Shown here in pieces: positions 10,095 to 20,670 of a DNA stretch of 64,000 nucleotides. The notes beneath the pieces were generated by a model that saw nothing but the letters and a program-made list of their open reading frames with translations, made no database searches and was not told where the DNA came from. Each line of letters opens with the position of its first letter. Within the stretch, counting starts at the first letter, position 1. The position numbers and the translations under genes are program-made. The DNA comes from an uncultured Candidatus Babeliaceae bacterium (GTDB lineage Bacteria > Babelota > Babeliae > Babelales > Babelaceae). The DNA is taken from the NCBI GenBank assembly GCA_963704655.1, contig OY969927.1:320001-384000 (forward strand), given 5' to 3'.

Positions 10095-11498
10095 ATGATG
10101 AAACATACGCAATCACTTTTTGCAAGTTACCTTTCTGGTATCAAAGATTCTGATAACGGTAATTCATATAGCACTATTTTGGCGCTCTTTTTCCCCGAGC
10201 TGATTACCGCCTTTGTTTTAATGATTAATATTGTTGATATGAAATTTGTTGCGCAGCTGAACTCAACCGGTTTATATAATGCCTTGGGTGTTACCTATAC
10301 GCTGCTGCATACTATCACCAAAATTGCAGAGGGCCTTTCTGTGGGCGCGGTGATTATGTGTGGCCATTATAATGGCGCTGACGATAAAAAAAATGTGGGT
10401 AACTCATTAAGTGCGGCTCTGTGGGTTTCACTGCTTGTAGGCGGCTTGATCGCATGGGCGCTTTTTGTGGGCGCGCATTCAATTTTTGTGTGGTACAACT
10501 TGCCTGAACGGTTAATAACTATTGGCGCTGCATATTTAAAAGTTCGTTGTCTCAGTATTTTTTGTATGTTTGTCAGTTACGGTATCGTAGGTTTTTTACG
10601 TGGTGTAAAAAATACACGGGTACCCATGAACCTTTTTCTTTTTGGCGCAGGGCTTTTTGTTGTTTTTGATTATCTTTTAATTTTTGGAAAATTTGGGTTT
10701 CCCCAGTTGGGTATTATGGGTTCTGCATGGGCCGCCGTGATCCAGTATGTGGTTATTAGTATTATTGGCCTGATTTATATATTTATGAGTAAGTACCATA
10801 AACTGTATGACGTTCAGATCTTTAACCTCCAGATTTTATGGCTCATGGGCAAGATCTTTATGGTCAGTTTGCCGGTTATGGTGGATAAGGCCACGCTCGC
10901 TATTGCAAAGATTTGGTTGTGTAGTTTGATTAACCCATTGGGTAAGGTTGCTATGGGTACATTTAATGTGATTAAAGATATGGAGCAGTTTGCCTTTGCC
11001 CCGGCAGTTGCCTTTGCACAAGTGATAACACTTTTGGTAAGTAATGATTACGGAAGTAAAAATTGGCAGGGGATTAAAAGCACGATTAAAAAAATTCTCT
11101 TTTTAAGTTCGCTCATGGTCTTTGTTATTTTAGTGGCCTTTTCTGTGATGCCGCACCTTGTTATTAGCCATTTTGATACTAAACAGGTATTTACCGATTT
11201 TGCAGCAACGGCATTTCCATTTATTAGTATTTTAGTGTTTTTTGATATTTTGCAGATTATTTTGGCTGCAGCGTTACGTGGTGCATCTAATGTGCGGGTG
11301 GTTATGATCGTGCGGTTGGTCTCACTATTATTTTTTTTCATGCCCGTTTCATACGCTTTTTCACTCTTGCCGCTTGAAAATACGCTCATTAAGTTTATCC
11401 TGATATACAGTACATTTTATATTGGCAACGGGCTTATGGGTATTATATATCTTATGCGGTTCCGTTCAGAAAGTTGGAAGAGCATATCATGGAGATAA
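10095..11498 (+). CDS. MATE family efflux transporter
   Basis: About 12 hydrophobic segments; LRGVKNTRVPM, LIFGKFGFPQLGIMGSAWA and ALRGASN motifs. Confidence 0.9.
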   Translation: MMKHTQSLFASYLSGIKDSDNGNSYSTILALFFPELITAFVLMINIVDMKFVAQLNSTGLYNALGVTYTLLHTITKIAEGLSVGAVIMCGHYNGADDKKNVGNSLSAALWVSLLVGGLIAWALFVGAHSIFVWYNLPERLITIGAAYLKVRCLSIFCMFVSYGIVGFLRGVKNTRVPMNLFLFGAGLFVVFDYLLIFGKFGFPQLGIMGSAWAAVIQYVVISIIGLIYIFMSKYHKLYDVQIFNLQILWLMGKIFMVSLPVMVDKATLAIAKIWLCSLINPLGKVAMGTFNVIKDMEQFAFAPAVAFAQVITLLVSNDYGSKNWQGIKSTIKKILFLSSLMVFVILVAFSVMPHLVISHFDTKQVFTDFAATAFPFISILVFFDILQIILAAALRGASNVRVVMIVRLVSLLFFFMPVSYAFSLLPLENTLIKFILIYSTFYIGNGLMGIIYLMRFRSESWKSISWR

Positions 11499-11791
11499 AG
11501 GCGGTAAGATTAATTACGCAGGAAGAACTATTAAAACTTGCAAAACTTTCGTGCATTAAACTCGAGTCGCATGAAGTTGAACCTTTACGTGAGAGTTTGG
11601 ATGCCGTTTTGGGATACGCATCACGGTTAAATGGTGTGGCGGCGCAATATCCTGACATTACTGCGCAGCAGAAATTGTCTAATGTCTTTCGTCCCGATGT
11701 GGCGACCTTATGCACTGAGCCTATTGTTGAGTGTGCCAAGGCGCATGAAAATAATTATTTTGTTGTACCCGTGATCATCAAGCAGTCATAG
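11489..11791 (+). CDS. gatC: Asp/Glu-tRNA amidotransferase subunit C
   Basis: ITQEELLKLAKLS...NVFRPD...YFVVP; lies directly upstream of gatA. Confidence 0.85.
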   Translation: MEIKAVRLITQEELLKLAKLSCIKLESHEVEPLRESLDAVLGYASRLNGVAAQYPDITAQQKLSNVFRPDVATLCTEPIVECAKAHENNYFVVPVIIKQS

Positions 11792-11808
11792 CAGGAGAGC
11801 CCATTTTT

Positions 11809-13281
11809 ATGAAAGATTTAGCATTTGCTACTATACAAGAGCTTTCTCAAGCGCTTGAAGATAAAAAAATTTCCGTCTCAGAGCTTACAGACTATTTTAC
11901 CAAACGATTCGCTGAGCACGATGATAAAATCGGCAGCGCACTGGAAATATTTGATGCCCCTTCGATACATTCCCTTGCAGGGAACACTCAGGGTGCACGG
12001 GGGGAGAAGAGCAAGTTAACCGGTATCCCTGGCTTAATTAAAGACAATATCTGTCAAAAAGGGCGTGTCGCGTCATGTGCTTCAAAGATGTTAGAAAATT
12101 ACCAAGCGTCGTATGATGCAACGGTTGTTGAACGTCTAAAAGCTGTTGGTGCGCCATTGATTGGTCGTGCTAACATGGACGAATTCGCCATGGGAAGTTC
12201 AACAGAAACTTCAGCCTTTAAAAAGACCGCAAACCCATGGGATCTTTCTCGTGTTCCGGGTGGTTCAAGTGGTGGTTCTGCTGCCGCAGTTGCCGCTGGT
12301 TTAGTTCCCTGGTCGCTCGGTTCCGATACGGGCGGTTCAATTCGTCAGCCCGCATCGTTTTGTAATTTAGTAGGAAGTAAGCCAACGTATGGTTTAGTTT
12401 CACGTTATGGGTTGATCGCCTATGCGTCATCGCTTGATCAAATTGGTGCATTTACACGTACCGTGTATGACAATGCTATAGTGTTGTCTGAAATTGCCGG
12501 ACATGATAAACGTGATGGTACAAGCTTGCCCGTGCAGAAAAAAGATTATACCAAGTCCCTTGATAAAAAAATTCCTGCTGGGCTTAAGATCGGTATCGTT
12601 ACTAATGCGTTACAAGCAGAAGGTATTGATGCTGATGTACTTAACCTATTAGATGATGTTATTAAAGTGTATGAAAAATCTGGCGCAACTATCAAGCACC
12701 TTGCTGTTCCTGCTATGGATTATGCGGCCGCTGTGTATTTTATGGTAAGTCGTGCAGAAGCAGCTTCAAACTTGGCCCGCTTTGATGGTATTCGTTATGG
12801 GTACCGTGATATGCAGGCTGAGACATTGTCTGATGTGTATGTAAATGACCGCTCGCGTGGGTTTGGTGCAGAGGTTAAGCGTCGTATCCTGATTGGCAAC
12901 TATGCGTTGTCTAGTGGGCACGCTGATGCATATTATCAAAGCGCTAAAACGGTTCAGGCGGTAATGCGGCAAGAGTTCTTGGACGCTTTTAAAGAAGTTG
13001 ATCTTCTTTTTATGCCTACTACGCCATCTGGTGCGTTTACGTTTGGCGCGTTTGATAATGACCGTCTTAAAATGGATTTACAAGATTACTTTAACGCAAG
13101 TGCGAACTTGACCGGATTGCCGGCACTTTCTGTTCCTGCTGGTTTTACCCGTAACGGGTTACCGGTTGGTTTCCAGTTGATGGGGCCCGATTTATCTGAA
13201 GAATTACTATTTAAAGTTGCATATGCATATGAGCAGCAAACTTCATGGCACACCATGGTTCCTGAACAATTCAAAATATAA
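11809..13281 (+). CDS. gatA: Asp/Glu-tRNA amidotransferase subunit A
   Basis: Amidase signature GGSSGGS, GSDTGGSIRQPA; SNLARFDGIRYG; EVKRRILIG. Confidence 0.96.
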   Translation: MKDLAFATIQELSQALEDKKISVSELTDYFTKRFAEHDDKIGSALEIFDAPSIHSLAGNTQGARGEKSKLTGIPGLIKDNICQKGRVASCASKMLENYQASYDATVVERLKAVGAPLIGRANMDEFAMGSSTETSAFKKTANPWDLSRVPGGSSGGSAAAVAAGLVPWSLGSDTGGSIRQPASFCNLVGSKPTYGLVSRYGLIAYASSLDQIGAFTRTVYDNAIVLSEIAGHDKRDGTSLPVQKKDYTKSLDKKIPAGLKIGIVTNALQAEGIDADVLNLLDDVIKVYEKSGATIKHLAVPAMDYAAAVYFMVSRAEAASNLARFDGIRYGYRDMQAETLSDVYVNDRSRGFGAEVKRRILIGNYALSSGHADAYYQSAKTVQAVMRQEFLDAFKEVDLLFMPTTPSGAFTFGAFDNDRLKMDLQDYFNASANLTGLPALSVPAGFTRNGLPVGFQLMGPDLSEELLFKVAYAYEQQTSWHTMVPEQFKI

Positions 13282-13295
13282 ACATGAGGAGTTTT

Positions 13296-13880
13296 ATGAA
13301 AAAGATGTTGGTTTTATTATTGAGCATAAGTACACTGTATGCTACGCAAGAGCCTGAAAATCCTGTTGGCCCAGAAATGGGTATTAATATCCCCATGCAA
13401 GAACAAGTTGATATAAGTAAAAATGTTACACTTGAAGAAAAAGTTACAACAGATGCTGAAAAAATGCGCAATAAAATTAATGGTTTTTTGGAATCAGAGG
13501 AAGTTAAGGCTGTGCAGAGTGCAACGTTAACCATTGCAAAAACTGGATGGGGATTAACGAAATCGCTTTTTTATGATGAGCAAAGCGGTCCTAATTATCG
13601 GAATATCGGCATTGCTGCAACTTTTATTTCGATAATTGCAGCAAAAAGATATTTTTTTGGTTTAGGTGGATTAAAAAGACAAATGCAACAGAATCAGGCA
13701 CATTTAATCAAACTGAATCAAAAGAACCAAGCAGCATTAATGGAGCAGCATCAAGCAACGCAAGAGCTCATTGCAAATAGTATGCGGATTCTAAATAATA
13801 ACTTAACTAACAAAGAAATTGCGGCGAATGCACGACTTAATGAGCTTGCATCAAAAATGAGTGCGCAAACGGTGAAATAA
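13296..13880 (+). CDS. Hypothetical protein (signal peptide, one TM segment, coiled coil)
   Basis: MKKMLVLLLSISTLYA start; Gln-rich coiled-coil C-terminus. Confidence 0.7.
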   Translation: MKKMLVLLLSISTLYATQEPENPVGPEMGINIPMQEQVDISKNVTLEEKVTTDAEKMRNKINGFLESEEVKAVQSATLTIAKTGWGLTKSLFYDEQSGPNYRNIGIAATFISIIAAKRYFFGLGGLKRQMQQNQAHLIKLNQKNQAALMEQHQATQELIANSMRILNNNLTNKEIAANARLNELASKMSAQTVK

Positions 13881-13901
13881 GAAGTTAATTATTTCAGAAA
13901 A

Positions 13902-13950
13902 TTATTAAGTAAAAAGCCCTAGACAAAAATCTAGGGCTTTTTACTTAATA
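13902..13950. terminator. Bidirectional intrinsic terminator
   Basis: TATTAAGTAAAAAGCCCTAGA-CAAAAA-TCTAGGGCTTTTTACTTAATA between convergent genes. Confidence 0.9.
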
Positions 13951-13951
13951 G

Positions 13952-14587
13952 TTACTTTGTTGTAAAGCGTGTCAAAAGTGATGCGATGCCAAAGTTGCTA
14001 GTTTTTTGGTTTTCTTCAAGTGTCTTTATGCGGCTTAGAACTTGTTTAATGTGTATGTTTTGTAACATTACAAGGCGTTTTACTTCTTCTATATTTGCAT
14101 TACCGTGAACTACTTTAGATTGTAATGCGTGTATCTGGCGGGCCAAGTCTGCATTGCCCGTTGCGATATTCACGTTTATACGGTCCACATTTTTATGTAA
14201 CGCTGCTATATCATCGTGGGTTTTTTTGTGAGCTTGTGAGCTTTGTACGGCATGTTCAGCGATATCAGCATGTACTCTTTTAAAGTTAGATCTAACGGCT
14301 TCAGATAATGCGCTGAGATTTTTTAATATTTGTGACGTATCTTTTTTAATTTTCCAAGATATCGCGATATTTGCAAGACCAATGGCCTGCACTGTGCCAA
14401 AGCGCATAAGATGTGGCCCAACAAGAGCTGCGGTCATAGTGACTCCACCGATAGCGTTACCTGAAGAGGCGCCGTGAGCGATAGCTTCTGAAATAGCAAC
14501 AATAGAGTGAGTACTTATTGCCTGTACTGTGTAATTATTAAGTAAACTAGCAGCAATAAATAGTGAAAGTACCCGTTTCTTTTTCAT
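13952..14587 (-). CDS. Hypothetical secreted coiled-coil protein
   Basis: 211-aa ORF with signal-peptide-like N-terminus and an upstream consensus promoter. Confidence 0.7.
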   Translation of the reverse strand: MKKKRVLSLFIAASLLNNYTVQAISTHSIVAISEAIAHGASSGNAIGGVTMTAALVGPHLMRFGTVQAIGLANIAISWKIKKDTSQILKNLSALSEAVRSNFKRVHADIAEHAVQSSQAHKKTHDDIAALHKNVDRINVNIATGNADLARQIHALQSKVVHGNANIEEVKRLVMLQNIHIKQVLSRIKTLEENQKTSNFGIASLLTRFTTK

Positions 14588-14626
14588 GCGATTTACCCCT
14601 TTAAATGTAAGTTAAATAGTGATTTA

Positions 14627-14654
14627 ATTATAGTAAATATTATCAGTTTGTCAA
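14627..14654 (-). promoter_or_regulatory. Sigma70-type promoter
   Basis: TTGACA-N16-TATAAT on the minus strand. Confidence 0.7.
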
Positions 14655-14754
14655 TTTTGCGCTAGATGAGGCTTTAGATGCAGATTTAGAATGTTGAATC
14701 TCGTACGCGCCCTGTTGTAAGCTAAATCAAGGGATTATCGTTAAAGGGCGATCC

Positions 14755-15567
14755 ATGAAACGTATTACGCGTAGTTTCTGTATAGTAGTATTGATATTTT
14801 TAGCAAGGGGTATAAAAATAACTGCATCCTATCAGGAGTATACAGAAAGAAATACCCCCTTGACTCATTTTATGCAGAATTTAGTCAGCGATATGGTCCA
14901 TTTTAATAAGTATCTCTTTTTAACTTCTGATACGTATAAAATACTTATGGTAAGTAGCCCATTTTATATGGCAGGGCGTGCTGCAGATAAGCCAACACAT
15001 AATTATTTTTATAATAAAACGGACCATCGCAATATTCACCAGATCGCACCTGTTTTTAAATATAGTGTCGATCCTATTATGGGTGTATCCATAACAACGT
15101 TATTGTTATTACAATTTTTTTCTAAAGATGCGCATACCCGTAAAGTATCTGAAGTTTTTCTTGCAGCATTGCCTTTTTTATGGCTCTATAAAGATGCTCT
15201 TAAACTCTTGTTGATTAAAGCTGCTTTACGACCTAAAAATCAATGTTTTTCTGCCTGTAAAAAATATTATGGTGGGTTTCCTTCTGGACATATGTTTGAG
15301 GCAACTTTTATGGCCTATCTTTTTGGTGCAGAACTAGGACCCGATTACGCTGTTCCGCTGGGTGCATTTGCAACATTGGTAGCAATCCAATCGGTCGCTA
15401 TTAACCGGCATACCATATCACAAGTGGTTGCAGGTACAGCGCTTGGGGTTATTTTTGGAGTGGCGTCGCAAAAAGTAGTGCATCGCGCCTTACATCAAGA
15501 TAGTTCCTATGCTATTCTAGTAAACAAATCTGGTGGAGTTACCTTCACGCTTGAAAAAACATTTTAA
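14755..15567 (+). CDS. PAP2-family phosphatase
   Basis: K...RP, FPSGH and H...Q motifs. Confidence 0.8.
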   Translation: MKRITRSFCIVVLIFLARGIKITASYQEYTERNTPLTHFMQNLVSDMVHFNKYLFLTSDTYKILMVSSPFYMAGRAADKPTHNYFYNKTDHRNIHQIAPVFKYSVDPIMGVSITTLLLLQFFSKDAHTRKVSEVFLAALPFLWLYKDALKLLLIKAALRPKNQCFSACKKYYGGFPSGHMFEATFMAYLFGAELGPDYAVPLGAFATLVAIQSVAINRHTISQVVAGTALGVIFGVASQKVVHRALHQDSSYAILVNKSGGVTFTLEKTF

Positions 15568-15584
15568 AAAAGTTATGTATAACT

Positions 15585-16415
15585 ATGCGCATAAAAAATT
15601 TTATTATAGGCTCGTGTATTGTTTTGTTTTTCTGTTATGGGTTTATATGGCGCCCGCGTATTATCGTGTATCCGCTGGTTACTGCTATTAGTTTGGTGCA
15701 GTATCCCTTTTTATGTATGTATGCTCTGTTTGTTGAACCAGTTTTTGATGTGATTAGATCAGTTAAAACACATGCTGAATATCACCACATACTAGAATCT
15801 AATTATCGTGAACGTTCACGTTTACTTAAAGAACTTATTGAGGTTCGTGGGCAGCTTGTTTATTATAAAGATCTGCAAGACGCTGGGATAACCTGCGATA
15901 AAAATACCGTATGTACGGGACAAATTATTTATAAACAACTGCACCAAGGCGATTCTTTTTTTATTATCGATAAAGGATCTTCTGATGGTGTAACTGTTGA
16001 TATGCTTGCGGTACTTAACAATACTCTATTAGGCAGAGTCACTGCCGTGTATGCATCGTATGCGCAGGTAATGCCTATAAGTAATCCGCAATGTCATGTT
16101 CCTAGTGTATGCGTAGAATCACGGGCACATGGTGTTTTTCATGGTGGTTTAGCTTCGACTGGTCAGTTAGATTTCATTAGCCACCTTGAGCCATTGGTGC
16201 TTGATGAAATGGTGATAACTTCTGGTGACGGTTTAATTTATCCGCAAGGGCTTGCGCTTGGACGTATAAAGAAATTTACGCTTAATGAATTAGGCTTTTT
16301 GTATGAAGTTGACGTTGAGCCGCTCTATGATCTTGAAAAAATATCGTACTGTTCGATTATATCTAAAAACTGCCAGCACGCATTAACCCAGCAGGTTCAG
16401 CAGGAATCTCAATGA
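15585..16415 (+). CDS. mreC: Rod shape-determining protein MreC
   Basis: IIDKGSSDGV, LLGRV and VITSGDGLIYPQGL motifs. Confidence 0.85.
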   Translation: MRIKNFIIGSCIVLFFCYGFIWRPRIIVYPLVTAISLVQYPFLCMYALFVEPVFDVIRSVKTHAEYHHILESNYRERSRLLKELIEVRGQLVYYKDLQDAGITCDKNTVCTGQIIYKQLHQGDSFFIIDKGSSDGVTVDMLAVLNNTLLGRVTAVYASYAQVMPISNPQCHVPSVCVESRAHGVFHGGLASTGQLDFISHLEPLVLDEMVITSGDGLIYPQGLALGRIKKFTLNELGFLYEVDVEPLYDLEKISYCSIISKNCQHALTQQVQQESQ

Positions 16416-18133
16416 TTATTCAAGGGCTTAAGTTTCAATGGAAAATTCCTGACGTTGATAGTGCGGCCGTTGCGCAACTTGCAGCTGATGTGGCACTGCC
16501 TATGCCACTTGCGTATGCGCTTTATGCGCGCGGGTTTACCCAAAAAGAGCAGTTACAAGATTATTTAATAAGTTCCTATGAAAAGGATGTTGCTGATCCA
16601 AAATTACTCAAAGATGGTCAAAAGGCGGTGGACCGGTTAATTTCTGCGTTACAGAATAATGAAAAAATTCTTATTGCTGGTGATTATGACGTTGATGGCA
16701 TAACTTCATCGGCGCTTATGATGATCTGCCTGTTGCCCTTGGGCGCGCAGGTTAATTTCTTTTTGCCCAATCGTGTAAAAGATGGTTATGGCTTATCGGT
16801 AAAAACAGTTGATCGTGCGCATGAAAATGAGTACAAAATAATTATCACAGTAGATAACGGCATTAGTGCTTTTAAGCCGGCCGAACGAGCCAACGAGCTT
16901 GGAATCGATCTTATTATTACCGATCATCACAGACCCCATGGGCAGTTACCTGCAGCATATGCAATTATTGACCCGCACCAAGAAGATTGTGCCTATCCGT
17001 ATAAATATTTTGCGGGTGTTGGCGTAAGTTTTAAACTTATGTCACTGTTATATGCGCAACTTGGCAAAGAGTTGCCCGGCGAAGTATACGAGCTATTGCT
17101 TTTGGGAACTGTTGCTGACGTGGTGCCTCTCACTGGTGAAAATAGATTTTGGGTGCGCCATGGATTACAGAAAATAAAGAATGGTCATAGTTATAGTTTA
17201 AGCGTGCTTAAAAGAAATGCTCGGGTTACTAAACCAGTTTTAAATTCTCTTGATATCGGCTTTTTTATAACGCCACAAATTAATGCCCTTGGCAGACTTG
17301 AAGATGCTCGTTCAGGAGTTAAGTTTCTGGTGGGAACCGATCTTGAAGTTACTGAAACTGTTGGCACACTGTTGCACCAGTTAAATGAAGCAAGAAAAAC
17401 TATTGAAAAAAATATTTATGAGGGTGTGCAAGCTCAGATTAAACAGGGGCTTATTAAACCGCATGAGGACCGTATGATTGTTGTTGCGCATGATGACTGG
17501 CCAACGGGTGTCATTGGACTGGTTGCCGGTAAATTAGTTGCTGCGCATAACGTGCCGACCATATTATTACACAAATCATCTAATGGTATGTTAAAAGGCT
17601 CGTGCCGTTCTATAGGTGATTGTGATATGTTTAAAGCGTTAAGTTCGGTGAAAGATCTTCTGATAAGTTTTGGTGGTCATCCGATGGCTGCCGGCCTTGC
17701 GTTAGCGCAAGAAGATTTTGATGAATTTAAAAGGCGTCTGTCTGAATATATTGTTCAGTTTGTCACGCCTGAATCACTTATTAAAAAAATTACCTGTGAT
17801 GCGCCTTTATTGTTGACCGATGTAACACAAAAACTTTCACAAGGGTTACACTATCTTGAGCCATTTGGATGTGAAAACCCACAACCCCTTTTTATTCTCA
17901 AAAATGTCATGTTGATTGAGCCGCCACAGTTACTCAAAGAGCAGCATGTTAAGGCGCGACTGTTTTCTGACGGAGTTATAAAACCGGTTGTTTTTTTTAA
18001 TAGACCAGATTTGTTTGAATGGCTCATTGAACATCAAAGTGATTCTTTCTCTGTCGCTTGTTATGTTACTGAAAATCATTGGAATGGGAAAGTATCAGTT
18101 GAGCTTCAGGGTGTAGATATTTCTTGCGTATAG
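16412..18133 (+). CDS. recJ: ssDNA-specific exonuclease RecJ
   Basis: GDYDVDG, TVDNG, TDHH, GSCRS, GGHPMAAG and LEPFG motifs. Confidence 0.96.
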   Translation: MIIQGLKFQWKIPDVDSAAVAQLAADVALPMPLAYALYARGFTQKEQLQDYLISSYEKDVADPKLLKDGQKAVDRLISALQNNEKILIAGDYDVDGITSSALMMICLLPLGAQVNFFLPNRVKDGYGLSVKTVDRAHENEYKIIITVDNGISAFKPAERANELGIDLIITDHHRPHGQLPAAYAIIDPHQEDCAYPYKYFAGVGVSFKLMSLLYAQLGKELPGEVYELLLLGTVADVVPLTGENRFWVRHGLQKIKNGHSYSLSVLKRNARVTKPVLNSLDIGFFITPQINALGRLEDARSGVKFLVGTDLEVTETVGTLLHQLNEARKTIEKNIYEGVQAQIKQGLIKPHEDRMIVVAHDDWPTGVIGLVAGKLVAAHNVPTILLHKSSNGMLKGSCRSIGDCDMFKALSSVKDLLISFGGHPMAAGLALAQEDFDEFKRRLSEYIVQFVTPESLIKKITCDAPLLLTDVTQKLSQGLHYLEPFGCENPQPLFILKNVMLIEPPQLLKEQHVKARLFSDGVIKPVVFFNRPDLFEWLIEHQSDSFSVACYVTENHWNGKVSVELQGVDISCV

Positions 18134-18187
18134 AGCGGGAGTTTTTGTAGCCTGTATAGGGAGATGCTTTTACAAGGGAGTAGGGTG

Positions 18188-19327
18188 ATGAATTTCAAAA
18201 AAGTCTTTGCATTATTATTAGTAAGTTGGGTGCCCGTTGTGCACGCTGTTCAATGGGTTGTTGTTGGTGCCGGCCCAGCAGGAATTGTTATAGTAGGTTT
18301 ATTATTAGATCTCGGAATTCCGCGAGAAGATATCTTGTGGGTGGACCCTGAATTTAATGTTGGGCGCCTAGGGCAGTATTACCAAACAGTACCGGGAAAC
18401 ACAAAAACGCAATTATATATAAATTTTATTAATTCATGCAGAACGTTTCAACAATGCAATTCGCCCTATGTTCAAGAGTTGTATAACTATGAACTTTTAA
18501 AAGAGTATCCGCTTTCAATTATTGTAAAGCCGTTGCAGGATATCACCGATTATATATGTTCTTTAGTTAATGCGCAGCAGACAACTATGACCGGTTTAGA
18601 ATTTAGTGGTGATGTGTGGCACATAGAACTTGCAAATGGGTTAGAATTTAGTGCAGATCGCGTTGTGCTTGCAACAGGATCCCGTCCAAGGTCATTGAAT
18701 TATGCCTGTTCACAAGAGATTCCTTTAGATATCGCGCTTAACCAGCAAGCACTTTCTCAAGAAGTTGCACCAGACGATACTGTTGCAGTTATTGGCAGTG
18801 CGCATTCAGCAGTGTTAGTGCTTAAATTTTTAAGTGAGGTTCCTGTTGGTAGAATTATTAACTTTTATAAGAACCCGTTAGTGTATACACAAGATATGGG
18901 CGGCTGGCTTTTGTATAGCAGCTCTGGTTTAAAGGGTATTGCTGCTGAGTGGGCAAAAAATGTTTTAGAAAAAAATCCACCATGCAATTTAGTGCGTGTA
19001 TATAATTCAGAAAAGGCTCGCGCGGCGTGGTTGCCACTTTGTAATAAAATTATTTATGCAGCTGGTTATGAACGTAACCCGATTCCAGGGTGTATGCCAG
19101 ACATGGCTTATGATACGCATACAGGCGCCATAGCCCCGGGACTTTTTGGTATCGGTATTGCATTTCCAGAAGTTATTGTTGATCAAGCGGGACATGAAGA
19201 GCATAAAATAGGGCTTAATAGCTTTATGGAACATGCTCTTGAAATGTTGCCAGAATGGATGCGGACAAAAGATGCGCTTTGTCGATTTAAAGGGTTTGAA
19301 GAGTTGTTCGATATCCAGATTTTATAA
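18188..19327 (+). CDS. FAD-dependent (pyridine nucleotide-disulfide-type) oxidoreductase
   Basis: VVGAGPAG, LATG and IGSAHSA Rossmann motifs. Confidence 0.75.
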   Translation: MNFKKVFALLLVSWVPVVHAVQWVVVGAGPAGIVIVGLLLDLGIPREDILWVDPEFNVGRLGQYYQTVPGNTKTQLYINFINSCRTFQQCNSPYVQELYNYELLKEYPLSIIVKPLQDITDYICSLVNAQQTTMTGLEFSGDVWHIELANGLEFSADRVVLATGSRPRSLNYACSQEIPLDIALNQQALSQEVAPDDTVAVIGSAHSAVLVLKFLSEVPVGRIINFYKNPLVYTQDMGGWLLYSSSGLKGIAAEWAKNVLEKNPPCNLVRVYNSEKARAAWLPLCNKIIYAAGYERNPIPGCMPDMAYDTHTGAIAPGLFGIGIAFPEVIVDQAGHEEHKIGLNSFMEHALEMLPEWMRTKDALCRFKGFEELFDIQIL

Positions 19328-19344
19328 AATACGTTCTTTATTAT

Positions 19345-19375
19345 AAAAAGGGGGATTTAAAAATCCCCCTTTTTG
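19345..19375 (+). terminator. Intrinsic terminator
   Basis: AAAAAGGGGGATTT-AA-AAATCCCCCTTTTT. Confidence 0.85.
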
Positions 19376-19451
19376 TTTGTTGCAAATTTTTTTTTCATGT
19401 GCAAGTATCTCTACTGATCTGACTAAAATTTTTAAATGGGATATTTGTAGT

Positions 19452-20639
19452 ATGAAGCTTCTCCAAAATATCGTTCTAGTCTGCTTATTTTCTACGGCAC
19501 ATGCTCAAATGCAGCAGGTTAATTTTTTAGAACCGCTTCATGATAATGATGGTGCGTTGCAAGACATTACTCGTGCATGCAGTCAGATTTCGTCATCTTA
19601 TACGTTGTTATTGCCCGCAAGCCAGGGTGAGCCCTATCAGGTTCTTGGGTTGATTGATGATATGGGAACACTTTCTTGGATCACCACGGTTACTGATGCA
19701 AGTCAGCTCAATTTATTATACACCGCAACTTCAGCAGACATTCCCTTAACGCTTGTTTTACGTGACAGTACTGGTTCATTTGCCGCAACTAATATTACAC
19801 TTACGGGAAATTTAACGCTTGCAACTCTTACAGGTGTGTTGGTTGCACAAGATGGTTTGGTCTCTGCAACAATTGGCATAGATGGAACACGTCTAGCATC
19901 GTTTCCGTTAACAGACGTCCCCGCTGTTAATTTTTTTCAACCGGTTGAACCATCACGAGAATCATATTTCTTTGATGATTTTATTGCATTTAATGCATCG
20001 GCTGGTGGCGTTTTTTATGGTGATACACCATGGGTTATTTCTAACAATTCTTACCCATCACGCGTTACGTCGTTAAAAAACACCAGCAGCTCTGTTGGTG
20101 TTACTCGCCTTTCAACGGGCAATATGCAAGATAGTTTGAACTATCTTATTAAGCAAATAAATGCAGACGGTACCAGTAATGGTGTTGGATTTGGCCTTGG
20201 TCCCTGCTTGAATGAATGGCGCGTATCAATTCCTGGTTCAACTCTTTCTTTGGCAAACAGTTTTACAGTATGTTGTGGCATGGGCGATAATTTGGGAACC
20301 GCACCTTACGTGCCACAAAATGGTATTTATTTTTCATACACAAATACGGGTTCTGGGGCTGTATGGCAAATTAACACAGCTTTTGGTGGAACAATAACGC
20401 AAAATACAAGTCCAGCTGTAACTCCACTGGCTGGGGTGTTCCAGAGGCTTGCATATGTTGTTGATGCAAGTAGCTCACAGGTAGATTTTTTTATTGATGA
20501 TCTTTACGTTGGCACACTTTATAACATTCCTAGTGGTAATGATTGTTCAGCATTTGCATCGATACGAACAGGAGGTTCTTCAGGCTCGATTGACTTAGAT
20601 TATTGGTATTATCATTATACTTTTAATCTGCGGCGTTAA
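19452..20639 (+). CDS. Secreted tail-fibre-like protein with shared C-terminal EPSRES domain
   Basis: Signal peptide (...STAHAQ); LRDSTGSFAAT module; ends LDYWYYHYTFNLRR. Confidence 0.75.
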   Translation: MKLLQNIVLVCLFSTAHAQMQQVNFLEPLHDNDGALQDITRACSQISSSYTLLLPASQGEPYQVLGLIDDMGTLSWITTVTDASQLNLLYTATSADIPLTLVLRDSTGSFAATNITLTGNLTLATLTGVLVAQDGLVSATIGIDGTRLASFPLTDVPAVNFFQPVEPSRESYFFDDFIAFNASAGGVFYGDTPWVISNNSYPSRVTSLKNTSSSVGVTRLSTGNMQDSLNYLIKQINADGTSNGVGFGLGPCLNEWRVSIPGSTLSLANSFTVCCGMGDNLGTAPYVPQNGIYFSYTNTGSGAVWQINTAFGGTITQNTSPAVTPLAGVFQRLAYVVDASSSQVDFFIDDLYVGTLYNIPSGNDCSAFASIRTGGSSGSIDLDYWYYHYTFNLRR

Positions 20640-20670
20640 TATAATAAAACTAAAAAAAAAGGGTTTTGTA